This document shows, piece by piece, positions 1 through 13,003 of a stretch of DNA of 64,000 nucleotides. Position numbers and translations under genes: made by a program. This DNA is from the human T2T-CHM13v2.0 reference genome, Homo sapiens: the NCBI RefSeq assembly GCF_009914755.1, contig NC_060925.1; one strand, written 5' to 3'. Each line of letters begins with the position of its first letter. Positions within the stretch are counted from its first letter, which is position 1. The notes under the pieces are model-generated. The model was not told where the DNA came from. It searched no databases and saw only the letters and a list, made by a program, of their open reading frames with translations.

Positions 1-116
1 ACAAAAAGAGTGTTTCAAGCCTGCTCTCTGTAAAGGATCCTTCAACTCTGTGAGTTGAATACACACAACACAAGGAAGTTACTGAGAATTCTTCTGTCTA
101 GCATAATATGAAGAAA

Positions 117-133
117 TCCCGTTTCCAACGAAG
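117..133 (-). promoter_or_regulatory. CENP-B box (first of ~188, one every ~340 bp)
   Basis: Plus strand tcccgtttccaacgaag = reverse complement CTTCGTTGGAAACGGGA, an exact canonical 17-bp CENP-B box. It recurs in every second monomer throughout the window. Confidence 0.97.
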
Positions 134-2325
134 GCCTCAAAGGGGTCTGAATATCCACTTGCAGACTTTATAAACAGAGTGTTTACTAACTGCTCTATGA
201 AAAGAAAGGTTAAACTCTGTGAGTTGAACACACACATCACAAAGGAGTTTCTGAGAATCGTTCTGTCTAGTTTCTATAGGAAGATGTTTCCTATTCTACC
301 ATTGACCTCAAAGCGGCTGAAATCTCCACTTGCAAATTCCACAAAAAGAATGTTTCAAGTCTGCTCTGTGTAAACGATCGTTCAACTCTGTGAGTTGAAT
401 ACACACAACACAAGGAAGTTACTGAGAATTCTTCTGTCTAGCATAATATGTAGAAATCCCGTTTCCAAAGAAGGCCTCAAATAGGTCTGAATATCCACTT
501 GCAGACTTTACAAACAGAGTGTTTCCTAACTGCTCTATGAACAGAAAGGTTAAACTCTGTGAGTTGAACGCACACATCACAAAGGAGTTTCTGAGAATCA
601 TTCTGTCTTGTCTTTATACGAAGATATTTACTTTTCTACCATTGACTTCAAAGCGGCTGAAATCTCCACTTGCAAATTCCACAAAAAGAGTGTTTCAAGT
701 CTGCTCTGTGTAAAGGATCATTCAACTCTGTGAGTTGAATAAACACAACACAAGGAAGTTACTGAGAATTCTTCTGTCTAGCAGAATATGAAGAAATCCC
801 GTTTGCAACGAAGGCCTCAAGGAGGTCTGAATATCCACTTGCAGACTTTACAAACAGAGTGTTTCCTAACTGCTCTATGAAAAGAAAGGTTAAACTCTGT
901 GAGTTGAACGCACACATCACAAAGGAGTTTATGAGAATCATTCTGTCTAGTTTCTATAAGAAGATATTTCCTATTCTACCATTGACCTCAAAGCGGCTGA
1001 AATCTCCACTTGCAAATTCGACAAAAAGAGTGTTTCAAGCCTGCTCTCTGTAAAGGATCCTTCAACTCTGTGAGTTGAATACACACAACACAAGGAAGTT
1101 ACTGAGAATTCTTCTGTCTAGCATAATATGAAGAAATCCCGTTTCCAACGAAGGCCTCAAAGAGGTCTGAATATCCACTTGCAGACTTTACAAACAGAGT
1201 GTTTCCTAACTGCTCTATGAGAAGAAAAGTTAAACTCTGTGAGTTGAACGCACACATCACAAAAGATTTTCTGAGAATCATTCTGTCTAGTCTTTATATG
1301 AAGATAGTTTCCTTTTCTACCATTGACCTCAAAGCGGCTGAAATCTCCACTTGCAAATTCCACAAAAAGAGTGTTTCAAGTCTGCTCTGTGTAAAGGATC
1401 GTTCAACTCTGTGAGTTGAATACACACAACACAAGGAAGTTACTGAGAATTCTTCTGTCTAGCAGAATATGAAGAAATCCCGTTTCCAAAGAAGGCCACA
1501 AGATGTCAGAATATCCACTTACAGACTTTCAAACAGAGTGTTTCCTAACTGCTCTATGAACAGAAAGGTTAAACTCTGTGAGTTGAACGAACACATCACA
1601 ACGCAGTTTGTGGGAATGATTCTGTCTAGTTTTGAAACGAAGATATTTCCTTTCTGCCGTTGACCTTAAAGCGCTTGAAATCTACACTTGCAAATTGCAC
1701 AAATAGAGTGTTTCAAATCTGCTCTGTCTAAGGGAACGTTCAACTCTGTGAGTTGAATGCACACAACACAAGGAAGTTACTGGGAATTCTTCTGTCTAGC
1801 CTTACATGAAAAAAACCCGTTTCCAACGAAGGCCTCTAAGTGGTCAAAATATCCACGTGCAGACTTTACAAACAGAGTGTTTCCAAACCGCTGAATGAAA
1901 AGAAAAGTTAAACTCTGAGAGTTGAACGCACACATCACGCAGCAGTTTCTGAGAATGATTCTGTCTAGTTTTTATACGAAGATATTTCCTTTTCTGCCTT
2001 TGGCCCCAAAGCGCTTGAAATCTCCACTTGCAAATTCCACAAAAACAGTGTTTCAAATCTGCTCTCTCTAAATGAAAGTTCAACTCTGTCAGTTGAATAC
2101 ACACAACACAAGGAAGTTACTGAGAATTCTTCTGTCTAGCATAATATGAAGAAATCCCGTTTCCAACGAAGGCCTCAAAGGGGTCTGAATATCCACTTGC
2201 AGACTTTATAAACAGAGTGTTTACTAACTGCTCTATGAAAAGAAAGCTTAAACTCTGTGAGTTGAACACACACATCACAAAGGAGTTTCTGAGAATCATT
2301 CTGTCTAGTTTTTCTACGAAGATAT

Positions 2326-2344
2326 TTCCTTTTCTACTATTGAC
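2326..2344 (-). other. A-box / pJalpha-like site in the alternate (non-CENP-B) monomer (representative)
   Basis: TTCCTTTTCTAC(C/T)ATTGA lies ~170 bp from each CENP-B box at the homologous monomer position. It is an imperfect match to the pJalpha motif of A-type monomers. Confidence 0.55.
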
Positions 2345-5300
2345 CTCAAAGCGGCTGAAATCTCCACTTGCAAATTCCACAAAAAGAGTGTTTCAAGTCT
2401 GCTCTGTGTAAAGGATCGTTCAACTCTGTGAGTTGAATACACACAACACAAGGAAGTTACTGAGAATTATTCTGTCTAGCAGAATATGAAGAAATCCCGT
2501 TTCCAACGAAGGCCCCAAAGAGGTCTGAATATCCACTTGCAGACTTTACAAACAGAGTGTTTCCTAACTGCTCTGTGAAAAGAAAAGTTAAACTCTGTGA
2601 GTTGAACGCACACATCACAAAGGAGTTTATGAGAATCATTCTGTCTAGTCTTTATACGAAGATATTTCCTTTTCTACCATTGACCTCAAAGCGGCTGAAA
2701 TCTCCACTTTCAAATTCCACAAAAAGAGTGTTTCAAGTCTGCTCTGTGTAAAGGATCGTTCAACTCTGTGAGTTGAATACACACAACACAAGGAAGTTAC
2801 TGAGAATTATTCTGTCTAGCAGAATATGAAGAAATCCCGTTTCCAATGAAGGCCCCAAAGAGGTCTGAATATCCACTTGCAGACTGTATAAACAGAGTGT
2901 TTCCTAACTGCTCTATGAACAGAAAGGTTAAACTCTGTGAGTTGAACGAACACATCACAACGCAGTTTGTGGGAATGATTCTGTCTAGTTTTGAAACGAA
3001 GAAATTTCCTTTTCTGCCATTGACCTTAAAGCGCTTGAAATCTACACTTGCAAATTGCACAAATAGAGTGTTTCAAATCTGCTCTGTCTAAGGGAACGTT
3101 CAACTCTGTGAGTTGAATGCACACAACACAAGGAAGTTACTGGGAATTCTTCTGTCTAGCCTTACATGAAGAAAACCCGTTTCCAACGAAGGCCTCTAAG
3201 AGGTCAAAATATCCACGTGCAGACTTTACAAAGAGAGTGTTTCCAAACCGCTGAATGAAAAGAAAAGTTAAACTCTGAGAGTTGAACGCAGACATCACGC
3301 AGCAGTTTCTGAGAATGATTCTGTCTAGTTTTTATACGAAGATATTTCCTTTTCTGCCTTTGGCCCCAAAGCGCTTGAAATCTCCACTTGCAAATTCCAC
3401 AAAAACAGTGTTTCAAATCTGCTCTCTCTAAATGAAAGTTCAACTCTGTCAGTTGAATACACACAACACAAGGAAGTTACTGAGAATTCTTCTGTCTAGC
3501 ATAATATGAAGAAATCCCGTTTCCAACGAAGGCCTCAAAGGGGTCTGAATATCCACTTGCAGACTTTATAAACAGAGTGTTTACTAACTGCTCTATGAAA
3601 AGAAAGGTTAAACTCTGTGAGTTGAACACACACATCACAAAGGAGTTTCTGAGAATCATTCTGTCTAGTTTTTCTACGAAGATATTTCCTTTTCTACTAT
3701 TGACCTCAAAGCGGCTGAAATCTCCACTTGCAAATTCCACAAAAAGAGTGTTTCAAGTCTGCTCTGTGTAAAGGATCGTTCAACTCTGTGAGTTGAATAC
3801 ACACAACACAAGGAAGTTACTGAGAATTCTTCTGTCTAGCAGAATATGAAGAAATCCCGTTTCCAACGAAGGCCTCAAGGAGGTCTGAATATCCACTTGC
3901 AGACTTTACAAACAGAGTGTTTCCTAACTGCTCTATGAACAGAAAGGTTAAACTCTGTGAGTTGAACGCACACATCACAAAGGAGTTTCTGAGAATCATT
4001 CTGTCTAGTCTTTATACGAAGATATTTACTTTTCTACCATTGACCTCAAAGCGGCTGAAATCTCCACTTGCAAATTCCACAAAAAGAGTGTTTCAAGTCT
4101 GCTCTGTGTAAAGGATCCTTCAACTCTGTGAGTTGAATACACACAACACAAGGAAGTTACTGAGAATTCTTCTGTCTAGCAGAATATGAAGAAATCCCGT
4201 TTCCAACGAAGGCCTCAAAGAGGTCTGCATATCCACTTGCAGACTTTACAAACAGAGTGTTTCCTAACTGCTCTATGAGAAGAAAAGTTAAACTCTGTGA
4301 GTTGAACGCACACATCACAAAAGATTTTCTGAGAATCATTCTGTCTAGTCTTTATATGAAGATAGTTTCCTTTTCTACCATTGACCTCAAAGCGGCTGAA
4401 ATCTCCACTTGCAAATTCCACAAAAAGAGTGTTTCAAGTCTGCTCTGTGTAAAGGATCGTTCAACTCTGTGAGTTGAATACACACAACACAAGGAAGTTA
4501 CTGAGAATTCTTCTGTCTAGCAGAATATGAAGAAATCCCGTTTCCAACGAAGGCCACAAGATGTCAGAATATCCACTTACAGACTTTACAAACAGAGTGT
4601 TTCCTAACTGCTCTATGAACAGAAAGGTTAAACTCTGTGAGTTGAACGAACACATCACAACGCAGTTTGTGGGAATGATTCTGTCTAGTTTTGAAACGAA
4701 GATATTTCCTTTTCTGCCGTTGACCTTAAAGAGCTTGAAAACTACACTTGCAAATTGCACAAATAGAGTGTTTCAAATCTGCTCTGTCTAAGGGAACGTT
4801 CAACTCTGTGAGTTGAATGCACACAACACAAGGAAGTTACTGGGAATTCTTCTGTCTAGCCTTACATGAAAAAAACCCGTTTCCAACGAAGGCCTCTAAG
4901 TGGTCAAAATTTCCACGTGCAGACTTTACAAACAGAGTGTTTCCAAACCGCTGAATGAAAAGAAAAGTTAAACTCTGAGAGTTGAACGCACACATCACGC
5001 AGCAGTTTCTGAGAATGATTCTGTCTAGTTTTTATACGAAGATATTTCCTTTTCTGCCTTTGGCCCCAAAGCGCTTGAAATCTCCACTTGCAAATTCCAC
5101 AAAAACAGTGTTTCAAATCTGCTCTCTCTAAATGAAAGTTCAACTCTGTCAGTTGAATACACACAACACAAGGAAGTTACTGAGAATTCTTCTGTCTAGC
5201 ATAATATGAAGAAATCCCGTTTCCAACGAAGGCCTCAAAGGGGTCTGAATATCCACTTGCAGACTTTATAAACAGAGTGTTTACTAACTGCTCTATGAAA

Positions 5301-8300
5301 AGAAAGGTTAAACTCTGTGAGTTGAACACACACATCACAAAGGAGTTTCTGAGAATCATTCTGTCTAGTTTTTCTACGAAGATATTTCCTTTTCTACTAT
5401 TGACCTCAAAGCGGCTGAAATCTCCACTTGCAAATTCCACAAAAAGAGTGTTTCAAGTCTGCTCTGTGTAAAGGATCGTTCAACTCTGTGAGTTGAATAC
5501 ACACAACACAAGGAAGTTACTGAGAATTCTTCTGTCTAGCAGAATAGGAAGAAATCCCGTTTCCAACGAAGGCCTCAAAGAGGTCTGAATATCCACTTGC
5601 AGACTTTACAAACAGAGTGTTTCCTAACTGCTCTATGAAAAGAAAGGTTAAACTCTGTGAGTTGAACGCACACATCACAAAGGAGTTTCTGAGAATCGTT
5701 CTGTCTAGTTTCTATAGGAAGATATTTCCTATTCTACCATTGACCTCAAAGCGGCTGAAATCTCCACTTGCAAATTCCACAAAAAGAATGTTTCAAGTCT
5801 GCTCTGTGTAAAGGATCGTTCAACTCTGTGAGTTGAATACACACAACACAAGGAAGTTACTGAGAATTCTTCTGTCTAGCAGAATATGAAGAAATCCCGT
5901 TTCCAACGAAGGCCTCAAAGAGGTCTGAATATCCACTTGCAGACTTTACAAACAGAGTGTTTCCTAACTGCTCTATGAAAAGAAAAGTTAAACTCTGTGA
6001 GTTGAACGCACACATCACAAAGGAGTTTCTGAGAATCATTCTGTCTAGTCTTTATACGAAGACATTTCCTTTTCTACCATTGACCTCAAAGCGGCTGAAA
6101 TCTCCACTTGCAAATTCCACAAAAAGAGTGTTTCAAGTCTGCTCTGTGTAAAGGATCGTACAACTCTGTGAGTTGAATACACACAACACAAGGAAGTTAC
6201 TGAGAATTCTTCTGTCTAGCAGAATATGAAGAAATCCCGTTTCCAACGAAGGCCTCAAGGAGGTCTGAATATCCACTTGCAGACTGTATAAACAGAGTGT
6301 TTCCTAACTGCTCTATGAACAGAAAGGTTAAACTCTGTGAGTTGAACGAACACATCACAACGCAGTTTGTGGGAATGATTCTGTCTAGTTTTGAAACGAA
6401 GAAATTTCCTTTTCTGCCATTGACCTTAAAGCGCTTGAAATCTACACTTGCAAATTGCACAAATAGAGTGTTTCAAATCTGCTCTGTCTAAGGGAACGTT
6501 CAACTCTGTGAGTTGAATGCACACAGCACAAGGAAGTTACTGGGAATTCTTCTGTCTAGCCTTACATGAAGAAAACCCGTTTCCAACGAAGGCCTCTAAG
6601 AGGTCAAAATATCCACGTGCAGACTTTACAAAGAGAGTGTTTCCAAACCGCTGAATGAAAAGAAAAGTTAAACTCTGAGAGTTGAACGCAGACATCACGC
6701 AGCAGTTTCTGAGAATGATTCTGTCTAGTTTTTATACGAAGATATTTCCTTTTCTGCCTTTGGCCCCAAAGCGCTTGAAATCTCCACTTGCAAATTCCAC
6801 AAAAACAGTGTTTCAAATCTGCTCTCTCTAAATGAAAGTTCAACTCTGTCAGTTGAATACACACAACACAAGGAAGTTACTGAGAATTCTTCTGTCTAGC
6901 ATAATATGAAGAAATCCCGTTTCCAACGAAGGCCTCAAAGGGGTCTGAATATCCACTTGCAGACTTTATAAACAGAGTGTTTACTAACTGCTCTATGAAA
7001 AGAAAGGTTAAACTCTGTGAGTTGAACACACACATCACAAAGGAGTTTCTGAGAATCATTCTGTCTAGTTTTTCTACGAAGATATTTCCTTTTCTACTAT
7101 TGACCTCAAAGCGGCTGAAATCTCCACTTGCAAATTCCACAAAAAGAGTGTTTCAAGTCTGCTCTGTGTAAAGGATCGTTCAACTCTGTGAGTTGAATAC
7201 ACACAACACAAGGAAGTTACTGAGAATTCTTCTGTCTAGCAGAATATGAAGAAATCCCGTTTCCAACGAAGGCCTCAAGGAGGTCTGAATATCCACTTGC
7301 AGACTTTACAAACAGAGTGTTTCCTAACTGCTCTATGAACAGAAAGGTTAAACTCTGTGAGTTGAACGCACACATCACAAAGGAGTTTCTGAGAATCATT
7401 CTGTCTAGTCTTTATACGAAGATATTTACTTTTCTACCATTGACCTCAAAGCGGCTGAAATCTCCACTTGCAAATTCCACAAAAAGAGTGTTTCAAGTCT
7501 GCTCTGTGTAAAGGATCCTTCAACTCTGTGAGTTGAATACACACAACACAAGGAAGTTACTGAGAATTCTTCTGTCTAGCAGAATATGAAGAAATCCCGT
7601 TTCCAACGAAGGCCTCAAAGAGGTCTGAATATCCACTTGCAGACTTTACAAACAGAGTGTTTCCTAACTGCTCTATGAAAAGAAAAGTTAAACTCTGTGA
7701 TTTGAACGCACACATCACAAAGGAGTTTCTGAGAATCATTCTGTCTGGTCTTTATACGAAGATATTTCCTTTTCTACCATTGACCTCAAAGCGGCTGAAA
7801 TCTCCACTTGCAAATTCCACAAAAAGAGTGTTTCAAGTCTGCTCTGTGTAAAGGATCGTTCAACTCTGTGAGTTGAATACACACAACACAAGGAAGTTAC
7901 TGAGAATTCTTCTGTCTAGCAGAATATGAAGAAATCCCGTTTCCAACGAAGGCCTCAAGGAGGTCTGAATATCCACTTGCAGACTTTACAAACAGAGTGT
8001 TTCCTAACTGCTCTATGAACACAAAGGTTAAACTCTGTGAGTTGAACGCACACATCACAAAGGAGTTTATGAGAATCATTCTGTCTAGTTTCTATAAGAA
8101 GATATTTCCTATTCTACCATTGACCTCAAAGCGGCTGAAATCTCCACTTGCAAATTCGACAAAAAGAGTGTTTCAAGCCTGCTCTCTGTAAAGGATCCTT
8201 CAACTCTGTGAGTTGAATACACACAACACAAGGAAGTTACTGAGAATTCTTCTGTCTAGCATAATATGAAGAAATCCCGTTTCCAACGAAGGCCTCAAAG

Positions 8301-10283
8301 GGGTCTGAATATCCACTTGCAGACTTTATAAACAGAGTGTTTACTAACTGCTCTATGAAAAGAAAGGTTAAACTCTGTGAGTTGAACACACACATCACAA
8401 AGGAGTTTCTGAGAATCATTATGTCTAGTTTTTCTACGAAGATATTTCCTTTTCTACTATTGACCCCAAAGCGGCTGAAATCTCCACTTGCAAATTCCAC
8501 AAACAGAGTGTTTCAAGTCTGCTCTGTGTAAAGGATCGTTCAACCCTGTGAGTTGAATACACACAACACCAGGAAGTTACTGAGAATTCTTCTGTCTAGC
8601 AGAATATAAAGAAATCCCGTTTCCTACGAAGGCCTCAAAGAGGTCTGAATATCCACTTGCAGACTTTACAAACAGAGTGTTTCCTAACGGCTCTATGAAA
8701 AGAAAAGTTAAACTCTGTGAGTTGAACGCACACATCACAAAGGAGTTTCTGAGAATCGTTCTGTCTAGTTTCTATAGGAAGATATTTCCTATTCTACCAT
8801 TGACCTCAAAGCGGCTGAAATCTCCAGTTGCAAATTCCACAAAAAGAATGTTTCAAGTCTGCTCTGTGTAAAGGATCGTTCAACTCTGTGAGTTGAATAA
8901 ACACAACACAAGGAAGTTACTGAGAATTCTTCTGTCTAGCAGAATATGAAGAAATCCCGTTTCCAACGAAGGCCTCAAGGAGGTCTGAATATCCACTTGC
9001 AGACTTTACAAACAGAGTGTTTCCTAACTGCTCTATGAAAAGAAAGGTTAAACTCTGTGAGTTGAACGCACACATCACAAAGGAGTTTATGAGAATCATT
9101 CTGTCTAGTTTCTATAAGAAGATATTTCCTATTCTACCATTGACCTCAAAGCGGCTGAAATCTCCACTTGCAAATTCGACAAAAAGAGTGTTTCAAGCCT
9201 GCTCTCTGTAAAGGATCCTTCAACTCTGTGAGTTGAATACACACAACACAAGGAAGTTACTGAGAATTATTCTGTCTAGCATAATATGAAGAAATCCCGT
9301 TTCCAACGAAGGCCTCAAAGAGGTCTGAATATCCACTTGCAGACTTCACAAACAGAGTGTTTCCTAACTGCTCTATGAGAAGAAAAGTTAAACTCTGTGA
9401 GTTGAACGCACACATCACAAAAGATTTTCTGAGAATCATTCTGTCTAGTCTTTATATGAAGATAGTTTCCTTTTCTACCATTGACCTCAAAGCGGCTGAA
9501 ATCTCCACTTGCAAATTCCACAAAAAGAGTGTTTCAAGTCTGCTCTGTGTAAAGGATCGTTCAACTCTGTGAGTTGAATACACACAACACAAGGAAGTTA
9601 CTGAGAATTCTTCTGTCTAGCAGAATATGAAGAAATCCCGTTTCCAACGAAGGCCACAAGATGTCAGAATATCCACTTACAGACTTTACTAACAGAGTGT
9701 TTCCTAACTGCTCTATGAACAGAAAGGTTAAACTCTGTGAGTTGAACGAACACATCACAACGCAGTTTGTGGGAATGATTCTGTCTAGTTTTGAAACGAA
9801 GATATTTCCTTTTCTGCCGTTGACCTTAAAGCGCTTGAAATCTACACTTGCAAATTGCACAAATAGAGTGTTTCAAATCTGCTCTGTCTAAGGGAACGTT
9901 CAACTCTGTGAGTTGAATGCACACAACACAAGGAAGTTACTGGGAATTCTTCTGTCTAGCCTTACATGAAAAAAACCCGTTTGCAACGAAGGCCTCTAAG
10001 TGGTCAAAATATCCACGTGCAGACTTTACAAACAGAGTGTTTCCAAACCGCTGAATGAAAAGAAAAGTTAAACTCTGAGAGTTGAACGCACACATCACGC
10101 AGCAGTTTCTGAGAATGATTCTGTCTAGTTTTTATACGAACATATTTCCTTTTCTGCCTTTGGCCCCAAAGCGCTTGAAATCTCCACTTGCAAATTCCAC
10201 AAAAACAGTGTTTCAAATCTGCTCTCTCTAAATGAAAGTTCAACTCTGTCAGTTGAATACACACAACACAAGGAAGTTACTGA

Positions 10284-13003
10284 GAATTCTTCTGTCTAGC
10301 ATAATATGAAGAAATCCCGTTTCCAACGAAGGCCTCAAAGGGGTCTGAATATCCACTTGCAGACTTTATAAACAGAGTGTTTACTAACTGCTCTATGAAA
10401 AGAAAGGTTAAACTCTGTGAGTTGAACACACACATCACAAAGGAGTTTCTGAGAATCATTCTGTCTAGTTTTTCTACGAAGATATTTCCTTTTCTACTAT
10501 TGACCTCAAAGCGGCTGAAATCTCCACTTGCAAATTCCACAAAAAGAGTGTTTCAAGTCTGCTCTGTGTAAAGGATCGTTCAACTCTGTGAGTTGAATAC
10601 ACACAACACAAGGAAGTTACTGAGAATTCTTCTGTCTAGCAGAATAGGAAGAAATCCCGTTTCCAACGAAGGCCTCAAAGAGGTCTGAATATCCACTTGC
10701 AGACTTTACAAACAGAGTGTTTCCTAACTGCTCTATGAAAAGAAAGGTTAAACTCTGTGAGTTGAACACACACATCACAAAGGAGTTTCTGAGAATCGTT
10801 CTGTCTAGTTTCTATAGGAAGATATTTCCTATTCTACCATTGACCTCAAAGCGGCTGAAATCTCCACTTGCAAATTCCACAAAAAGAATGTTTCAAGTCT
10901 GCTCTGTGTAAAGGATCGTTCAACTCTGTGAGTTGAATACACACAACACAAGGAAGTTACTGAGAATTATTCTGTCTAGCAGAATATGAAGAAATCCCGT
11001 TTCCAACGAAGGCCCCAAAGAGGTCTGAATATCCACTTGCAGACTTTACAAACAGAGTGTTTCCTAACTGCTCTGTGAAAAGAAAAGTTAAACTCTGTGA
11101 GTTGAACGCACACATCACAAAGGAGTTTATGAGAATCATTCTGTCTAGTCTTTATACGAAGATATTTCCTTTTCTACCATTGACCTCAAAGCGGCTGAAA
11201 TCTCCAATTTCAAATTCCACAAAAAGAGTGTTTCAAGTCTGCTCTGTGTAAAGGATCGTTCAACTCTGTGAGTAGAATACACACAACACAAGGAAGTTAC
11301 TGAGAATTCTTCTGTCTAGCAGAATATGAAGAAATCCCGTTTCCAACGAAGGCCTCAAGGAGGTCTGAATATCCACTTGCAGACTTTACAAACAGAGTGT
11401 TTCCTAACTGCTCTATGAGCAGAAAGGTTAAACTCTGTGAGTTGAACGCACACATCACAAAGGAGTTTCTGAGAATCATTCTGTCTAGTCTTTATACGAA
11501 GATATTTACTTTTCTACCATTGACTTCAAAGCGGCTGAAATCTCCACTTGCAAATTCCAAAAAAAGAGTGTTTCAAGTCTGCTCTGTGTAAAGGATCATT
11601 CAACTCTGTGAGTTGAATAAACACAACACAAGGAAGTTACTGAGAATTCTTCTGTCTAGCAGAATATGAAGAAATCCCGTTTCCAACGAAGGCCTCAAGG
11701 AGGTCTGAATATCCACTTGCAGACTTTACAAACAGAGTGTTTCCTAACTGCTCTATGAAAAGAAAGGTTAAACTCTGTGAGTTGAACGCACACATCACAA
11801 AGGAGTTTCTGAGAATCATTCTGTCTAGTTTCTATAAGAAGATATTTCCTATTCTACCATTGACCTCAAAGCGGCTGAAATCTCCACTTGCAAATTCGAC
11901 AAAAAGAGTGTTTCAAGCCTGCTCTCTGTAAAGGATCCTTCAACTCTGTGAGTTGAATACACACAACACAAGGAAGTTACTGAGAATTATTCTGTCTAGC
12001 ATAATATGAAGAAATCCCGTTTCCAACGAAGGCCTCAAAGAGGTCTGAATATCCACTTGCACACTTTACAAACAGAGTGTTTCCTAACTGCTCTATGAGA
12101 AGAAAAGTTAAACTCTGTGAGTTGAACGCACACATCACAAAAGATTTTCTGAGAATCATTCTGTCTAGTCTTTATATGAAGATAGTTTCCTTTTCTACCA
12201 TTGACCTCAAAGCGGCTGAAATCTCCACTTGCAAATTCCACAAAAAGAGTGTTTCAAGTCTGCTCTGTGTAAAGGATCGTTCAACTCTGTGAGTTGAATA
12301 CACACAACACAAGGAAGTTACTGAGAATTCTTCTGTCTAGCAGAATATGAAGAAATCCCGTTTCCAACGAAGGCCACAAGATGTCAGAATATCCACTTAC
12401 AGACTTTACAAACAGAGTGTTTCCTAACTGCTCTATGAACAGAAAGGTTAAACTCTGTGAGTTGAACGAACACATCACAACGCAGTTTGTGGGAATGATT
12501 CTGTCTAGTTTTGAAACGAAGATATTTCCTTTTCTGCCGTTGACCTTAAAGCGCTTGAAATCTACACTTGCAAATTGCACAAATAGAGTGTTTCAAATCT
12601 GCTCTGTCTAAGGGAACGTTCAACTCTGTGAGTTGAATGCACACAACACAAGGAAGTTACTGGGAATTCTTCTGTCTAGCCTTACATGAAAAAAACCCGT
12701 TTCCAACGAAGGCCTCTAAGTGGTCAAAATATCCACGTGCAGACTTTACAAACAGAGTGTTTCCAAACCGCTGAATGAAAAGAAAAGTTAAACTCTGAGA
12801 GTTGAACGCACACATCACGCAGCAGTTTCTGAGAATGATTCTGTCTAGTTTTTATACGAAGATATTTCCTTTTCTGCCTTTGGCCCCAAAGCGCTTGAAA
12901 TCTCCACTTGCAAATTCCACAAAAACAGTGTTTCAAATCTGCTCTCTCTAAATGAAAGTTCAACTCTGTCAGTTGAATACACACAACACAAGGAAGTTAC
13001 TGA
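10284..13003 (-). repeat. Complete 16-mer HOR unit (dimers A-B-C-D-E-F-G-H), 2720 bp
   Basis: Measured EcoRI to EcoRI of successive A dimers. Diagnostics: A aaagggg/ttactaact/tttttctacg; B gaatcgtt/tctatagg/aagaatg; C gtttatg+tctttatacg; D caaggagg/atttact/aataaac; E tctataag/attcgac/aagcct; F atgaga/aagatttt/gatagtttcc; G ggccacaagatgtc/acgcagtttgtggg; H cttacatg/tggtcaaaat/tggcccc. Confidence 0.9.

Noticed and set aside
10284-13003. Identification as D7Z2, the known 2.7-kb 16-mer
   Set aside because: D7Z2 is a CENP-B-box-poor, non-dimeric array with diverged monomers. Here boxes occur in every second monomer and the dimers are near-identical.
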